This document shows, in pieces, positions 1 through 12,525 of a DNA stretch of 64,000 nt. Origin of the DNA: Micavibrio sp. UBA2400 (GTDB lineage Bacteria > Pseudomonadota > Alphaproteobacteria > UBA2400); the NCBI GenBank assembly GCA_002343265.1, contig DDSC01000031.1:5614-69613 (forward strand), read 5' to 3'. The translations under genes and the position numbers were made by a program. Position 1 is the stretch's first letter. Every line of letters begins with the position of its first letter. The notes under the pieces are model-generated. The model did no database searches. It saw only the letters and a program-made list of their open reading frames with translations, and was not told where the DNA came from.

Positions 1-78
1 ACAAGAAAAGTCTGGTCAGTCTTGAGCGGCAATGCTAATTCCAATTCACAATCCACTCTGAACCCATGAGTTTTGTTC

Positions 79-1161
79 ATGACATACCGCGCCGCCCGCA
101 CTCTGGCTTTTACCTCACTCGCGCTGCTCTCGTCCACCAGCCTGGCTTCGGCTGGATTTATCTGGCTCTCGCCTGAGGATGAACCGGCGGCTGCGGCCAC
201 GCCATACCCTGCACAGGCCGAACCTGCGGTCACGGCAGAGAGCACGATGCCGGAGCAGCCGTTAGCAGCACCGGCCCCTGTGGCGGATGCGCCGGTGGCG
301 CTGACACCGGCCACAACCGATGAGCCACAGTCGCTCGCGCAGGCCGCTGAGGAAGTAAAGACCATTCTCGATCCCAACACGGTTGCCGCTGCGCCGGTTT
401 ATACCAAGGGCGACCAAGCCCCGGTCACGTTGGCTCCCGCACCGATGGCTGAACCTGCACCGGCTCAGGAAGTCACGCTCGCCAAGAGCAGCAGTACCAT
501 GGTATCCCCACAGCCCAGCGCACTACCGGGGGCTTCGGCCGCGTCGGCCATGCCAACGGCACAGTCCCTCATTGATGGTATGCCCAGTATGACCGCGCCT
601 CGCGCAGCGTCAGCTCCGGTTGTTACGACGGCGCCAGCATCGGCTCCTGCCGTGTCGGCGGTTGTTGCCAGCTCGACCGAGCCGTCAGCTGTCACGGTTG
701 ATGCCGAGGGCGTGAAGAGCCGTGTGATTGAAACCAAGACCGAGATTGTGACGGCTCCGGCAGCTGCGCCAGCCCCAACGAATGGTGCTGCGGTATCGCC
801 AATTACCGGCGCAACGCTGACTCGTGCCAGTGCCCCGGTCCCGGCAGCCGAGACGGCTCAAGCTCAGGTTCAGGGCTTTGGTAAGCAAGTCCCGCTGGTT
901 GTGGCTATGCGCCAGATCCTCCCCCCCGGCTATTCCTTTGTGAAGGGTGAGGGGGTCGATCTCAGCCAGTCGGTGGATTGGCAAGGTGGCAAGGCCTGGC
1001 CGGACGTGTTGGCGGATGCCGTGCAGCCGCTGGGTCTTACCGCCCGCCTGACCGGTGACACCGTGGTGATAAACCGCGCTGATGCTGTGACCCCGGTGAC
1101 CGCGGCGAAGGTTCCGGTTCTGACCAACGCCACCATGATGCAAAAGCCCCCTGCCAACTAA
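79..1161 (+). CDS. Secreted Pro/Ala-rich protein with TcpQ/PilL-like C-terminal domain
   Basis: ORF 73..1161, first ATG at 79. Signal-like N-terminus LAFTSLALLSSTSLASA, then a long P/A/T/V low-complexity linker. The C-terminal ~80 aa (GFGKQVPLVVAMRQILPPGYSF..VDWQGGKAWPDVL..VVINR) resembles the TcpQ/PilL domain, from motif memory only. Confidence 0.5.
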   Translation: MTYRAARTLAFTSLALLSSTSLASAGFIWLSPEDEPAAAATPYPAQAEPAVTAESTMPEQPLAAPAPVADAPVALTPATTDEPQSLAQAAEEVKTILDPNTVAAAPVYTKGDQAPVTLAPAPMAEPAPAQEVTLAKSSSTMVSPQPSALPGASAASAMPTAQSLIDGMPSMTAPRAASAPVVTTAPASAPAVSAVVASSTEPSAVTVDAEGVKSRVIETKTEIVTAPAAAPAPTNGAAVSPITGATLTRASAPVPAAETAQAQVQGFGKQVPLVVAMRQILPPGYSFVKGEGVDLSQSVDWQGGKAWPDVLADAVQPLGLTARLTGDTVVINRADAVTPVTAAKVPVLTNATMMQKPPAN

Positions 1162-1173
1162 GCTGTAGCGGGT

Positions 1174-2232
1174 ATGACCAAACACAAAACGCCGCGATCG
1201 AGAGCTTCTCGGTTGCGGCGTTTGTATTTTCGGCGCGCAGTCTTGCGTCCGCTCAATGTGTTTCTTCTGCTGGCGTTTCTGGCCGGGCTGGCTGTTGTCG
1301 GGTGGCAGGAGCCGCAACGTCGCTCCGAGCCCGGCCCTATTGCGACCATTGCCGTGCTGGAGCCGTCGCTACCTCATCCACCTATAGCACCGATACAGAC
1401 TACTCAACCTGCGCCGACAGCGCTGGCACCCCTCGTTTCTGCACCAGCGTTACCGACCTACGAAGAACCGCCAGCGCTGACCGTGATCGAGCCTGTTGCA
1501 CCACCGGTAGCCGCATTGCCATCACCGCATAAGCCACGCATCGCTATCGTGATTGATGATATCGGGCCGGACTGGCGCGGCTCCGTGGCTACCCTCAAGC
1601 TCCCCGGACCGCTAACGCTGGCCCTGCTACCCTACGCCGAGCGGGTGCAGGAGCTGGCGGCCCGGGCCACGGCAGCTGGACATGAGCTGCTGGTGCATAT
1701 GCCGATGGAACCGGATGATATGGCAACCAATTATCCCGGCCCTATAGCCTTGCTCGGCCAGCAATCGCTACACGAACAAAAGGCAATGCTCCAACGAGGC
1801 CTGTCTGCTTTTTCCGGATATGTTGGTGTTAACAATCATATGGGCAGCCGTTTTACCGCCGATCCCACCGGCATGGCCGTAATGATGGCGGAGCTGGCAA
1901 AGCGTAATTTGCTGTTTCTTGACAGTCGGACCACCGGACACAGCGCGGCCCCTGCGGCGGCGGCTCATTATGGTATTCGCTTTGCCGGACGTGACGTGTT
2001 TCTGGATAATGAGCGGGATGTTGGCAAAATTCTGGCACAGTTGCGGCAGACCGAGCGGATTGCCCGGCGGCACGGCCAAGCCATTGCCATTGGCCACCCG
2101 CATCCGGAGACCATCACGGCGCTAGCCCAGTGGTTACCACAAGCGCGCCGTGCCGGCTTTGAGTTGACAACTGTCAGTCAGCTGGCTCGTGTTATTGAAC
2201 CGACGACTTCGGTGTCAGCCACGTCTCGTTAA
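1174..2232 (+). CDS. Divergent polysaccharide deacetylase family protein (YibQ-like)
   Basis: 352-aa ORF with an N-terminal TM segment and a Pro-rich linker. Core motifs IVIDDIG, LLPYA, HELLVHMPMEP, NNHMGSRFT and FLDSRTT are typical of the YibQ family. Confidence 0.75.
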   Translation: MTKHKTPRSRASRLRRLYFRRAVLRPLNVFLLLAFLAGLAVVGWQEPQRRSEPGPIATIAVLEPSLPHPPIAPIQTTQPAPTALAPLVSAPALPTYEEPPALTVIEPVAPPVAALPSPHKPRIAIVIDDIGPDWRGSVATLKLPGPLTLALLPYAERVQELAARATAAGHELLVHMPMEPDDMATNYPGPIALLGQQSLHEQKAMLQRGLSAFSGYVGVNNHMGSRFTADPTGMAVMMAELAKRNLLFLDSRTTGHSAAPAAAAHYGIRFAGRDVFLDNERDVGKILAQLRQTERIARRHGQAIAIGHPHPETITALAQWLPQARRAGFELTTVSQLARVIEPTTSVSATSR

Positions 2233-4030
2233 GCTCGACGCCGTAATCCGCGCGCAAGGCCGCGCCGAACTGCTCAAGCAGATCATTCGCCAGCTGGCTG
2301 CGCAGTTCGTCACGCGTCGCACTCAGATCCTGCCCGGCTATATCAGGCCGCGTCACACTGACCAGTTGATAGACCCAGCTGTCTTCGCCAACCTTGACGC
2401 TACCCGCACCCTCAGCGGGCGCATTAAAGATGGCCGCCACCAGCGTGGCTGGCCACTTGTCTGATTTTTCTTCCCGGCTGAGATCGCCTGTGCGCGTCAG
2501 TCCGGTTGCGGGCTTGTCCTTGTCCTTCAGGGTGGCCAACAGAGCGTCAGCCTGAGCGGCGGCAGCCGCTTCCTTCTTCATGCGGGTCCAGTCAGCAATA
2601 ACCTGATCTTTGACGTCCGCCAGAGCCTTCTTGTGCTCAGGTGCAACTGTGTCAATCTGCACGAAGTCGATGCTGGTACTGGTTTCAACCGGTGTCGCCG
2701 CATCGCCTTCGCTGCCTGCAAAGGCTTGTTCAAGCACCATCTTGTCCAGCCCTTCTACCACCTTGCCTTGGGCGGTCTTGCCCTCCTTTGTGACAAGCGT
2801 GTAGCTGGTCAGCGGGAGCTTATGTGTTGTGGCCGCTTCGCTTAGCGTCGCGCCACCCGCCAAGGCATCCTGCATGGACTTGGAAATGCTATCGAGCTGC
2901 TCGCCCGCCTTCTGGCGGCGAACCTGCTCCAGCACCTTGGCGCGCGCGGTATCAAAGCTTGGAACCACGGCGGGAGTAACTTTAATCAGCTCCATCATAT
3001 GCCAGCCCATCGGGCTCTTAACGAGGGGGCTGACCGTACCCGGAGTAAGAGCAAAAATAGCATCACTCAACTCGGGGAAGGTACTGGCCTTGGTCAGGTC
3101 CGCCACTTCGCCGTACCCCAAGCCAAGGTCCTTGGCTGCCGCTTTAAGCGACTGACCAGCAGCCACCGTCGCCGACAGCTTTTGTGCTGTTGCCTCATCC
3201 TTGGCGGTGCTTTGGCCAATGGTGCGCTTTTCCGCTGTGCCATACTCCTCGGGGGCCGCATCAAAGGCTTGCCTTAATTCGTCTTCGGTCGGCGTTACTG
3301 ACGCCGCCAGTTCGTCCAGCGAGAGCCGGGCTACGGTAAAGCTGCGCTGTTCAGGTTGGCGATAGCCTGTCGTGCTCGCTTCATAAAAACTCTGCAACTC
3401 TTCGTCGGTTGGCTTGGGTACCGACGTCATCTCCGCCGCCTTGAAGGATTTGACCTCGGCCACGCGACGCTCATTTGCCCACTGGTAAAGCGGAGCCGCA
3501 AGCAGCGTGGGGGCATAAGCCTGTCCCTGAATGCTGCCCACCAGAACGGTGCGCATGAGATCGCTGCGAATGGTATTGAGATAGTCTGCTTCGCTCATGC
3601 GCAGCTGCTGGAGCAGACCGCGAAACTTGGCGGGATCAAACTTGCCGTCCTCGCCTCGCAGCGCGGGCTGGCTGGCTATGCTCTGCTTGATGGTATCGCG
3701 GTCATAGCGCAGACCGGTTTTGGTGGCTTCCTGATCGAACAGCGACTGCATGACCATCTGCTGAACAATCTGGCGCTTGATACCCAGCTGCTCGGCCTGT
3801 TCCGGGCTGATACTCATGCCATATTGGTTGGCAATCATCTGCAATTGTAGCTGCAAGGCTTGATCCACCTGCTGGCTCGAAATATCGACCTTGCCAGCCG
3901 TGGCTACGGTCTGGACCCGTCCACCGGTAAAAATCGGCCCGATCCCCCACACGGCAAAGCTGCCGACCAAGAGAAAGAATAGGCCCTTGGCGATCCAGGT
4001 TTGACCAGCGCGGCGCATTGATTGCATCAT
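2192..4030 (-). CDS. ppiD: Periplasmic chaperone / peptidyl-prolyl isomerase PpiD-like
   Basis: 612-aa ORF with an N-terminal membrane anchor (WIAKGLFFLLVGSFAVWGIGPIF). It has a SurA-N-like region and a parvulin-like segment (SPMGWHMMELIKV). Confidence 0.7.
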   Translation of the reverse strand: MMQSMRRAGQTWIAKGLFFLLVGSFAVWGIGPIFTGGRVQTVATAGKVDISSQQVDQALQLQLQMIANQYGMSISPEQAEQLGIKRQIVQQMVMQSLFDQEATKTGLRYDRDTIKQSIASQPALRGEDGKFDPAKFRGLLQQLRMSEADYLNTIRSDLMRTVLVGSIQGQAYAPTLLAAPLYQWANERRVAEVKSFKAAEMTSVPKPTDEELQSFYEASTTGYRQPEQRSFTVARLSLDELAASVTPTEDELRQAFDAAPEEYGTAEKRTIGQSTAKDEATAQKLSATVAAGQSLKAAAKDLGLGYGEVADLTKASTFPELSDAIFALTPGTVSPLVKSPMGWHMMELIKVTPAVVPSFDTARAKVLEQVRRQKAGEQLDSISKSMQDALAGGATLSEAATTHKLPLTSYTLVTKEGKTAQGKVVEGLDKMVLEQAFAGSEGDAATPVETSTSIDFVQIDTVAPEHKKALADVKDQVIADWTRMKKEAAAAAQADALLATLKDKDKPATGLTRTGDLSREEKSDKWPATLVAAIFNAPAEGAGSVKVGEDSWVYQLVSVTRPDIAGQDLSATRDELRSQLANDLLEQFGAALRADYGVELNETWLTPKSSVQ

Positions 4031-4104
4031 GATATACGAATCTCCTCTACTCAGGCGGCGAGTTTAGGGCTATTTGCTGGCAAAGCAACAGGTCAGGAGG
4101 TCTC

Positions 4105-4836
4105 ATGCCCAAGCTAATTGTGGGAAACTGGAAAATGAACGGCACACTGGCAGAGGCGGAAGCGCGGGCGCTAGCGCTTGTGGCGGCACGGGTGCCCGCC
4201 AAACTGGCGGTTTGCCCGCCTTTTGTGCATATTCCGGCAGTCGCACAGGCGCTCGCAGGCTCCATGGTCGGGTTAGGTGCACAGGATTGTCATGCCGAAG
4301 CCAAAGGCGCATTTACCGGAAGTGTAAGTGTACCGATGCTGGCCGAACTGGGCTGTCAGTTTGTGATTGTGGGCCACTCGGAGCGCCGCCATGGTCTTGG
4401 CGAGAACGATCCAATCATTAAAAAGAAAGCTATGGCTGCTCAGAATGGCGGTCTAACGCCCATCATTTGCGTGGGGGAAACGCTGGCCGAGCGCGATGCC
4501 GGGCGGGCGCAGGCAGTCGTCGAGGTCCAGCTTAAGGGAAGCCTGCCGGATGAGGGGCGCTCTTTTGTGGTGGCCTATGAACCGGTCTGGGCTATTGGTA
4601 CAGGGCGCAACGCATCGCCTGATGATGTCCGCCTGATGCATGAGCATATCCGTGCAACTGTGGCTGCGTGCAGGGCCGGGGCAGACGTCACTATTCTCTA
4701 TGGCGGTTCGGTGAAACCCGATAACGCCGCCGCGCTGCTGGCACTGCGCGAGGTTGATGGCTTCCTTGTTGGTGGGGCCTCGCTGGTGGCGGGCGATTTC
4801 GTGGCGATTGCGAATGCGGACGTTAACCTAGGGTAA
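4105..4836 (+). CDS. tpiA: Triosephosphate isomerase
   Basis: Motifs GNWKMNG, VGHSERR and YEPVWAIGTG; 243 aa. Confidence 0.95.
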   Translation: MPKLIVGNWKMNGTLAEAEARALALVAARVPAKLAVCPPFVHIPAVAQALAGSMVGLGAQDCHAEAKGAFTGSVSVPMLAELGCQFVIVGHSERRHGLGENDPIIKKKAMAAQNGGLTPIICVGETLAERDAGRAQAVVEVQLKGSLPDEGRSFVVAYEPVWAIGTGRNASPDDVRLMHEHIRATVAACRAGADVTILYGGSVKPDNAAALLALREVDGFLVGGASLVAGDFVAIANADVNLG

Positions 4837-4945
4837 TTCCCGGCTTAATAATTTGGAATCGCTCGCAGAAAATTACCTCTGGCATGCGGTGGGCGGCTGG
4901 GCTAAAACCCGCAATTGATTATCCTGTAAGCAATCGAGGCATGCC

Positions 4946-5296
4946 GTGGAAAAAGTCGTTCTGGTTCTTCATCTCATTCTGGCTGTAGCAATGATTATCG
5001 TCGTTCTGCTCCAGCGTTCGGAAGGCGCGGGCTTGGCTGGCCCGAGCGGAGGCGGCATGATGCCCGTGCGCGGAAGCGCGAATATCCTGACCCGGACTAC
5101 CGCCATTCTGGCGACCTTGTTCTTTATTACATCGCTAACGTTGGCAATCATGGCTGGCGGGCACAAGCGGAGTGAAAGCATCGCCGATCAGATTGCGGCA
5201 CAAGAACAGGCCGTTCCCACTCCTCCGGTGGAGGCGCCTATTACCCCGCCAATGGCCGACAGTCCGCCCACGTCCAGCGAGCTCCCCAAACCCTGA
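4946..5296 (+). CDS. secG: Preprotein translocase subunit SecG
   Basis: GTG start, 116 aa, two hydrophobic segments flanking [12 protein letters not shown], and a Pro-rich tail. It sits in the conserved tpiA-secG-pyrG position. Confidence 0.85.
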   Translation: MEKVVLVLHLILAVAMIIVVLLQRSEGAGLAGPSGGGMMPVRGSANILTRTTAILATLFFITSLTLAIMAGGHKRSESIADQIAAQEQAVPTPPVEAPITPPMADSPPTSSELPKP

Positions 5297-5306
5297 GGTT
5301 AACGCC

Positions 5307-6947
5307 ATGACACAGGCCAGCAAGCCGCGGTATCTCTTCATTACCGGCGGCGTCGTCTCCTCTTTGGGTAAGGGTCTGGCCGCGGCGGCGCTCGGTGCGT
5401 TGCTACAGGCGCGCGGCTACAGCGTACGCATCCGCAAGCTGGATCCGTATCTGAACGTCGATCCGGGGACCATGAGTCCCTATCAGCATGGCGAAGTATT
5501 TGTGACTGATGACGGAGCGGAAACCGACCTTGACCTCGGTCACTATGAACGGTTCACCAATGTTTCGGCCAGCGGGCATGACAGCGTGTCCAGTGGCCGT
5601 ATTTACAGCACGGTTCTGGCCAAAGAACGCAAGGGCGACTATCTGGGCGCAACAGTGCAGGTGATCCCGCATGTGACCGATCAGATCAAGGAGTTCATCC
5701 GCACTGACGTGGGTGGTGCACAGTTTGTCATTTGCGAGATTGGCGGCACGGTGGGCGATATCGAGGGGCTGCCGTTTCTGGAGGCCATCCGGCAGTTCGG
5801 TAATGAATGGGGTCGGGCGGATGTCATGTTCATTCACGTGACCTTGCTCCCCTATATTGCTGTAGCAGGTGAGCTGAAGACCAAGCCCACGCAGCACTCG
5901 GTGCGTGAGTTGCTGTCAGTCGGGATTCAGCCTGACTTGCTGTTGTGCCGCGCCGAGCAGAGCATCCCGGCGACTGAGCTTAAGAAAATCGCGCTCTTCT
6001 GTAATGTTCCGGTTGAGCGCGTGATCCCAGCCCTGAATGTCAGCTCTATCTATGCGGTAACCGAGAGTTACCATCGCGAAGGGCTGGATGAGCAGGTCCT
6101 CAAGTATTTTGGGTTGGAGCCACTGCCGAGTATTAACCTCTCGCGCTGGCAGGCGCTGACCCACACCATCCATAACCCGCAAGGGCAGGTGCGGGTGGGC
6201 GTGGTCGGCAAATATGTCAGCCTGCTTGATGCCTACAAGTCGCTCGCGGAAGCTTTGGCGCATGGCGGGATCGCTAATAAGGTGAAAGTTGAACTTGACT
6301 GGATAGACAGCGAAGACTTGGAAAAAACAGATCCAGCCGAGCGCCTGTCGGATGTCGATGCCATTCTGATCCCCGGTGGCTTTGGTGAGCGTGGCACGCT
6401 TGGTAAAATTCGTGCGACGCAATATGCTAGGGAACATAAAATTCCATTCCTTGGTATCTGCTTTGGTATGCAGTTGGCCGTGATTGAGGCCGCGCGGCAT
6501 TTGTGCGGTCTACCCAACGCCAGCACGACCGAATTCGGCCCATGCGAGGAGCCCTTGGTTGGCCTGATGACCGAATGGGTGAAGGGCAATGCGCTCGAGC
6601 AGCGTAGTACGACTGGCGATTTGGGCGGTACCATGCGCCTTGGCGCATATCCCTGTCAGCTCAAGCCCGGCAGTAAAGTGGCCCATATTTACGGCGCTAG
6701 CACAATCAGCGAGCGCCACCGCCACCGCTACGAGGTCAATTTGCGGTGTAAGGATCAGCTCGAAAGGGCGGGGGTCGTGTTCTCGGGCCTGTCGCCCGAT
6801 GGCGTGCTGCCCGAGATTATCGAGCGGGCTGACCACCCGTGGTTTATCGGGGTCCAGTTTCACCCGGAGCTGAAGAGTCGGCCTTTGCAGCCGCATCCCC
6901 TGTTTGTGTCGTTCATCGCCGCAGCGATTGCACAGAGAGGGGGCTAG
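5307..6947 (+). CDS. pyrG: CTP synthase
   Basis: ORF 5172..6947 trimmed to the ATG at 5307 ([23 protein letters not shown]). The GATase half carries LGICFGMQ and HRHRYEVN. The upstream 45 codons overlap secG. Confidence 0.97.
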   Translation: MTQASKPRYLFITGGVVSSLGKGLAAAALGALLQARGYSVRIRKLDPYLNVDPGTMSPYQHGEVFVTDDGAETDLDLGHYERFTNVSASGHDSVSSGRIYSTVLAKERKGDYLGATVQVIPHVTDQIKEFIRTDVGGAQFVICEIGGTVGDIEGLPFLEAIRQFGNEWGRADVMFIHVTLLPYIAVAGELKTKPTQHSVRELLSVGIQPDLLLCRAEQSIPATELKKIALFCNVPVERVIPALNVSSIYAVTESYHREGLDEQVLKYFGLEPLPSINLSRWQALTHTIHNPQGQVRVGVVGKYVSLLDAYKSLAEALAHGGIANKVKVELDWIDSEDLEKTDPAERLSDVDAILIPGGFGERGTLGKIRATQYAREHKIPFLGICFGMQLAVIEAARHLCGLPNASTTEFGPCEEPLVGLMTEWVKGNALEQRSTTGDLGGTMRLGAYPCQLKPGSKVAHIYGASTISERHRHRYEVNLRCKDQLERAGVVFSGLSPDGVLPEIIERADHPWFIGVQFHPELKSRPLQPHPLFVSFIAAAIAQRGG

Positions 6948-6948
6948 A

Positions 6949-7545
6949 GTGGCCCGCCATAAGATCATCCGGCCGTGGCAGCAGGGCGAGCTTGATGGCC
7001 TGTGCGGGATTTACGCCATCATCAATGCCATGAAGGTGCTGGCGCTGTCGCGCGGCCGAGAGTTTTCGGACGGAGACGGGGCCTTGCTGTTCCGGCAAAT
7101 GTGCAAATATCTGGCCGACCGCAACCAGATGCCGCAGGCCTTGTGGGATGGGACATCCATCATGCATGTGCGTGATTTTTTGAGTACAGCGAAGAGGTTC
7201 ATGCGCAAGTATTATGATCTTGATGTCGTGCATCGCCGCTTGGCTGCACCCTATGAGATTACCCGCAAGGATGTGTTCTGGCGCGTGCTGGACGATGCGT
7301 TGACCACGCGCGATGAGCTGTATAACTTCCGGCATAAGACCAAACATACCCGCGTTGCCCTGCTCGGCCTTGGGTATCCTACTCCGCACTGGTCGCTTGC
7401 CTATGGTGTGGGTAAACGCAGCATTCAGTTGATTGATAGCGGTAGCCGTATTCGTGTCAGTTATGACAATAGTACTGTCGGGGAGACGCATCCCCGCAAA
7501 TGGATGCTCGAGCCTGAGCATACGTTGGTCATTTCGACTCTCTGA
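6949..7545 (+). CDS. Hypothetical protein, C39/BtrH-like papain-fold cysteine peptidase candidate
   Basis: ORF 6904..7545 trimmed to the GTG at 6949, one nt after the pyrG stop. QQGELDGLCGIYAIINA (Gln then Cys) and a distal PHWSLAYGVGKRSIQLIDSG (His-aromatic..Asp) are laid out as in peptidase C39-like domains. No signal peptide. Confidence 0.5.
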   Translation: MARHKIIRPWQQGELDGLCGIYAIINAMKVLALSRGREFSDGDGALLFRQMCKYLADRNQMPQALWDGTSIMHVRDFLSTAKRFMRKYYDLDVVHRRLAAPYEITRKDVFWRVLDDALTTRDELYNFRHKTKHTRVALLGLGYPTPHWSLAYGVGKRSIQLIDSGSRIRVSYDNSTVGETHPRKWMLEPEHTLVISTL

Positions 7546-7636
7546 TCCGTCAATTCACATGCTGGGCAAAGGGGTAAACTCAACCTATACTCGCAAAAAA
7601 CCGTAGCTCACGCAGCCGCACCGGGGGAGAGGTCAC

Positions 7637-7933
7637 ATGGAAACAGGAAGTCTGGTTAATCTGGTGCTGTTTCTGGTCATGCTGGCTTGCACGTTTCTGC
7701 TAATCTATCGTTTGGCCCAGAGTATTCGCGAGCTAAGAGCAAGCGGGCGTCTGCCGTTTGAGGGCATTTACGACCTTGATTTCAACCCCGGCACCTGTCT
7801 GCTGATCCTCGGCGGGCTGTGCCTTGGGGTGCTCATCACCCTGCTGATGAGTATTTTGCTGGGTGCGTTCGTCTCCTGCGATCTGTTTGAGGCGTGCCGC
7901 GTCATTTACTGGATCCGGTCGCTGGTGGCGTAG
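7637..7933 (+). CDS. Small membrane protein, unknown function
   Basis: 98 aa with a good SD (gggagagg, 6 nt before the ATG) and two to three hydrophobic helices. Confidence 0.5.
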   Translation: METGSLVNLVLFLVMLACTFLLIYRLAQSIRELRASGRLPFEGIYDLDFNPGTCLLILGGLCLGVLITLLMSILLGAFVSCDLFEACRVIYWIRSLVA

Positions 7934-7936
7934 GAC

Positions 7937-9142
7937 CTAGTCAGGAACGCGCCGCCGCAGATACAGCCAGGCCGGGATTCCCCCCAAGGCTAGGGCTGCC
8001 GCCAGCGCCCACAAGGCACTGGCCACGCCACTCTCCTGCGCGAGAGCCCCGTAGGGCACGCTGACGACGGTAAAGACCAACTGCGCCATCAGGCTTTGTG
8101 CGCTCAGAATGGTGGCGCGTCGAGCCGGGTCGGCGCGCTGGCTGATGATGTCGGCAATGACGGGGGCATTGACGCCATAAATAGCCTGCCCAAGCAGGAG
8201 CAGCGGAGCAAACATCATCCAGACCGCGCTGCCAGCAAGGGTTGCCAAGCTGATTTCGATCAGCAGCAGGACGCCCAGCAGGCTGACTGGTTTCAGCCAA
8301 CGCTCGAGTGTGTGTGCCAACTGGCTGTTCACAGCCACCAGCAGAAAGGCGGCCGCCGCCAGAATGCCGTTCCATTCCACCGGAATCTGCGCTGCCTGAA
8401 AATAGGGCTGCTGAATCCACATCATCAGCTTGGTACCCACGCCCATAACGGCGGCCAACGCAATGATGGCCGCAATCTCGCGGTGGCCATAGAGTGCAAA
8501 CTTCAGGGTCGTCAGCATGTCATAAAAGGCATTGCGTTCGACATGACGCTTGACCCGCTGTGGCTCGCGCAGGCGCAGACTGACGCCCACGGCAGCGAGA
8601 TGCAGCCCCAGTGTCAACAGCACGGGCAGGCGAAGATCAATCGCGTAGAGAAATCCGGCTAGCGGTGCTGTAATAGCTAAGCCATAAAAGCCGTAGGCGA
8701 AGCGTAAGCCTTCTGCCTTGCGGAACTCACGTTCGCGTCCCTGTTCGGCCAGATATTCAAACAGCATGGCCTGCATGGTGCCGCTGGCAAAGCTGGCCCC
8801 CAGAGCCATCAGCACTTGCACGGCAATGGCATCAAACAGGCCATAGGCCACGGTCAACCAGATATAGCTGGCTGCCCAACAGATGGCCGAAACAATCATG
8901 GTGGTGCGCCGCTGCCAGATATCTGACAGCCAGCCGGTGGGAACCTCTAGTACGACCATGGCCAAGGCAAAAATAGCCTCCACCAGCAGGAACTGGGCGA
9001 AGTCCAGTCCCATGGCTTCGCTGTTGTAGATGACAATCACAGGGAGCAGCAGACCGGGGCAGCGCAGGGCGCAGGCCAGATACAAGCGGCGGATATCGGC
9101 GTTTGGCTCACGTCGCCAGCGGTCTTTGATTATTTTTCCCAT
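7937..9142 (-). CDS. MFS transporter
   Basis: 401 aa, about 12 hydrophobic segments, MFS-like loop D(I)WQRR after TM2. Confidence 0.8.
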   Translation of the reverse strand: MGKIIKDRWRREPNADIRRLYLACALRCPGLLLPVIVIYNSEAMGLDFAQFLLVEAIFALAMVVLEVPTGWLSDIWQRRTTMIVSAICWAASYIWLTVAYGLFDAIAVQVLMALGASFASGTMQAMLFEYLAEQGREREFRKAEGLRFAYGFYGLAITAPLAGFLYAIDLRLPVLLTLGLHLAAVGVSLRLREPQRVKRHVERNAFYDMLTTLKFALYGHREIAAIIALAAVMGVGTKLMMWIQQPYFQAAQIPVEWNGILAAAAFLLVAVNSQLAHTLERWLKPVSLLGVLLLIEISLATLAGSAVWMMFAPLLLLGQAIYGVNAPVIADIISQRADPARRATILSAQSLMAQLVFTVVSVPYGALAQESGVASALWALAAALALGGIPAWLYLRRRVPD

Positions 9143-9379
9143 AGTTACCCCTCCTGTTTAACTCACAGATCGGGCGGGGAAATCTCTTGGTTTAAGGAGT
9201 TTACCAGCCCGTCCATGGGCTGGTTGCCAGCCCCGTTTAACGGTTGTTTTCGGTCGAATAACCATGGCCGCCAAAGGAGGCGGTGAGTGGCAGTCGGCGT
9301 TGGCTGGTGTGTTTCAACATGATGGCAGCGTAACAGAGAGCCGCTAGGTGAAGCAAGTAAAATATGGTAAGTAGCCAGC

Positions 9380-10330
9380 ATGCGCCTGTGTCTCGCTTTA
9401 TTGTGTTTCAGTCTTGCCGCTCCCGCCTTGGCGGCCGATCCCTATGCCGAAATGGAGGAGCTGACACAGGTAAAAGACCGTTACACCATCGGCCCGTGGC
9501 AGGGGGCGCTGGTCGGTGGCGCAAATTGCCAATTGGTGAATACCGAGACGCTGCAGGGGGTCGAGTTTTCGCTGAGTGCGGCCCGAAGCAACCCGTCCAC
9601 CACCATACAGTTGGGGGCTACTTTTCTCCACGATACGACCCTCAACAGCTTGCAGATCAAACTGGATGAGGCTGAGCCGGTGGCGCAGCCTTTCTCGGTG
9701 CATCATTCCGGTTTGTTTTACATGCCAAAGCCTGAGCAGCTTAAGGCGTTGGCCGCCGCGCGCTTTGTGACCTATGCCATCGGGCGGCTCGATAGAGCTA
9801 CCAAACAACTTACCAAAGTCGGGCAGGTGAGTTTTGATCTGCGCGGGTTTGACCGCGCCTATGAGCTGTTCTCAGCCTGTATCGACGGTCAGATGCCCGC
9901 CAATTTACCCAATGAGCCGCTGGAAGAAGGGGATCCGCGTACGGTCGCGGGCGCTCCCAATTGGGACGTGATTGATCTGACCTTTGATGGAAAACCCTAC
10001 TCGCGCTTGGCGAACCTTAAGGACACCGGTGACTTTGCGTTGGGGCTATGGGTGCATAACCGCGCGCAATATGTACTCAATTTGACCAGCTATAAGGATA
10101 TGCCCGAGCTCGATCGCATCAAGGCCGCGCAGTTGACGCTGGACGATAAAGACAAGATGGTGCTGCCGGTGGCAACCCAGCCGGATGGGCTACTCATTAC
10201 GCTGCCGCTGAGTGGCGTGCAGAAAATTGCCAAGGCGGGACAGCTTAAAATTGAGAGTGGTGCGATCAAAGCCGAGTTTACCATTACCAATTTTGCCGCG
10301 GTTGCACAGGCTATACAGCTCAAGGAATAG
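9380..10330 (+). CDS. Periplasmic protein, possible tandem IalB-like domains
   Basis: Signal peptide [35 protein letters not shown] .. [19 protein letters not shown] resembles the invasion-associated locus B family layout, and a second similar half follows. Motif memory only. Confidence 0.45.
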   Translation: MRLCLALLCFSLAAPALAADPYAEMEELTQVKDRYTIGPWQGALVGGANCQLVNTETLQGVEFSLSAARSNPSTTIQLGATFLHDTTLNSLQIKLDEAEPVAQPFSVHHSGLFYMPKPEQLKALAAARFVTYAIGRLDRATKQLTKVGQVSFDLRGFDRAYELFSACIDGQMPANLPNEPLEEGDPRTVAGAPNWDVIDLTFDGKPYSRLANLKDTGDFALGLWVHNRAQYVLNLTSYKDMPELDRIKAAQLTLDDKDKMVLPVATQPDGLLITLPLSGVQKIAKAGQLKIESGAIKAEFTITNFAAVAQAIQLKE

Positions 10331-10347
10331 TTGCTAATTTCCGGGGC

Positions 10348-12485
<2,138 letters not shown>

Positions 12486-12525
12486 GCAGTTGACGCGCTG
12501 ACTCAATCATGATTCCTTAGCAGAG

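Noticed and set aside
150-900. Repetitive Pro/Ala-coding DNA in the first ORF as a possible tandem repeat or CRISPR-like array.
   Set aside because: There are no regularly spaced identical repeats. It is low-complexity coding sequence in a single open frame.
5172-5306. Long N-terminal extensions offered by the ORF track for pyrG. The same applies to rplM (23297), gamma-CA (24372), the lipoprotein (26971), the RsbW-like kinase (36568), minC (39751), nrdA (44191), the 125-aa ORF (45920), nrdB (47764), the methyltransferase (54923) and fliQ (54766).
   Set aside because: The extensions overlap the preceding genes or terminators and translate to Arg/Pro/Trp/Cys-rich junk. Internal starts with SD sequences reproduce the conserved N-termini.
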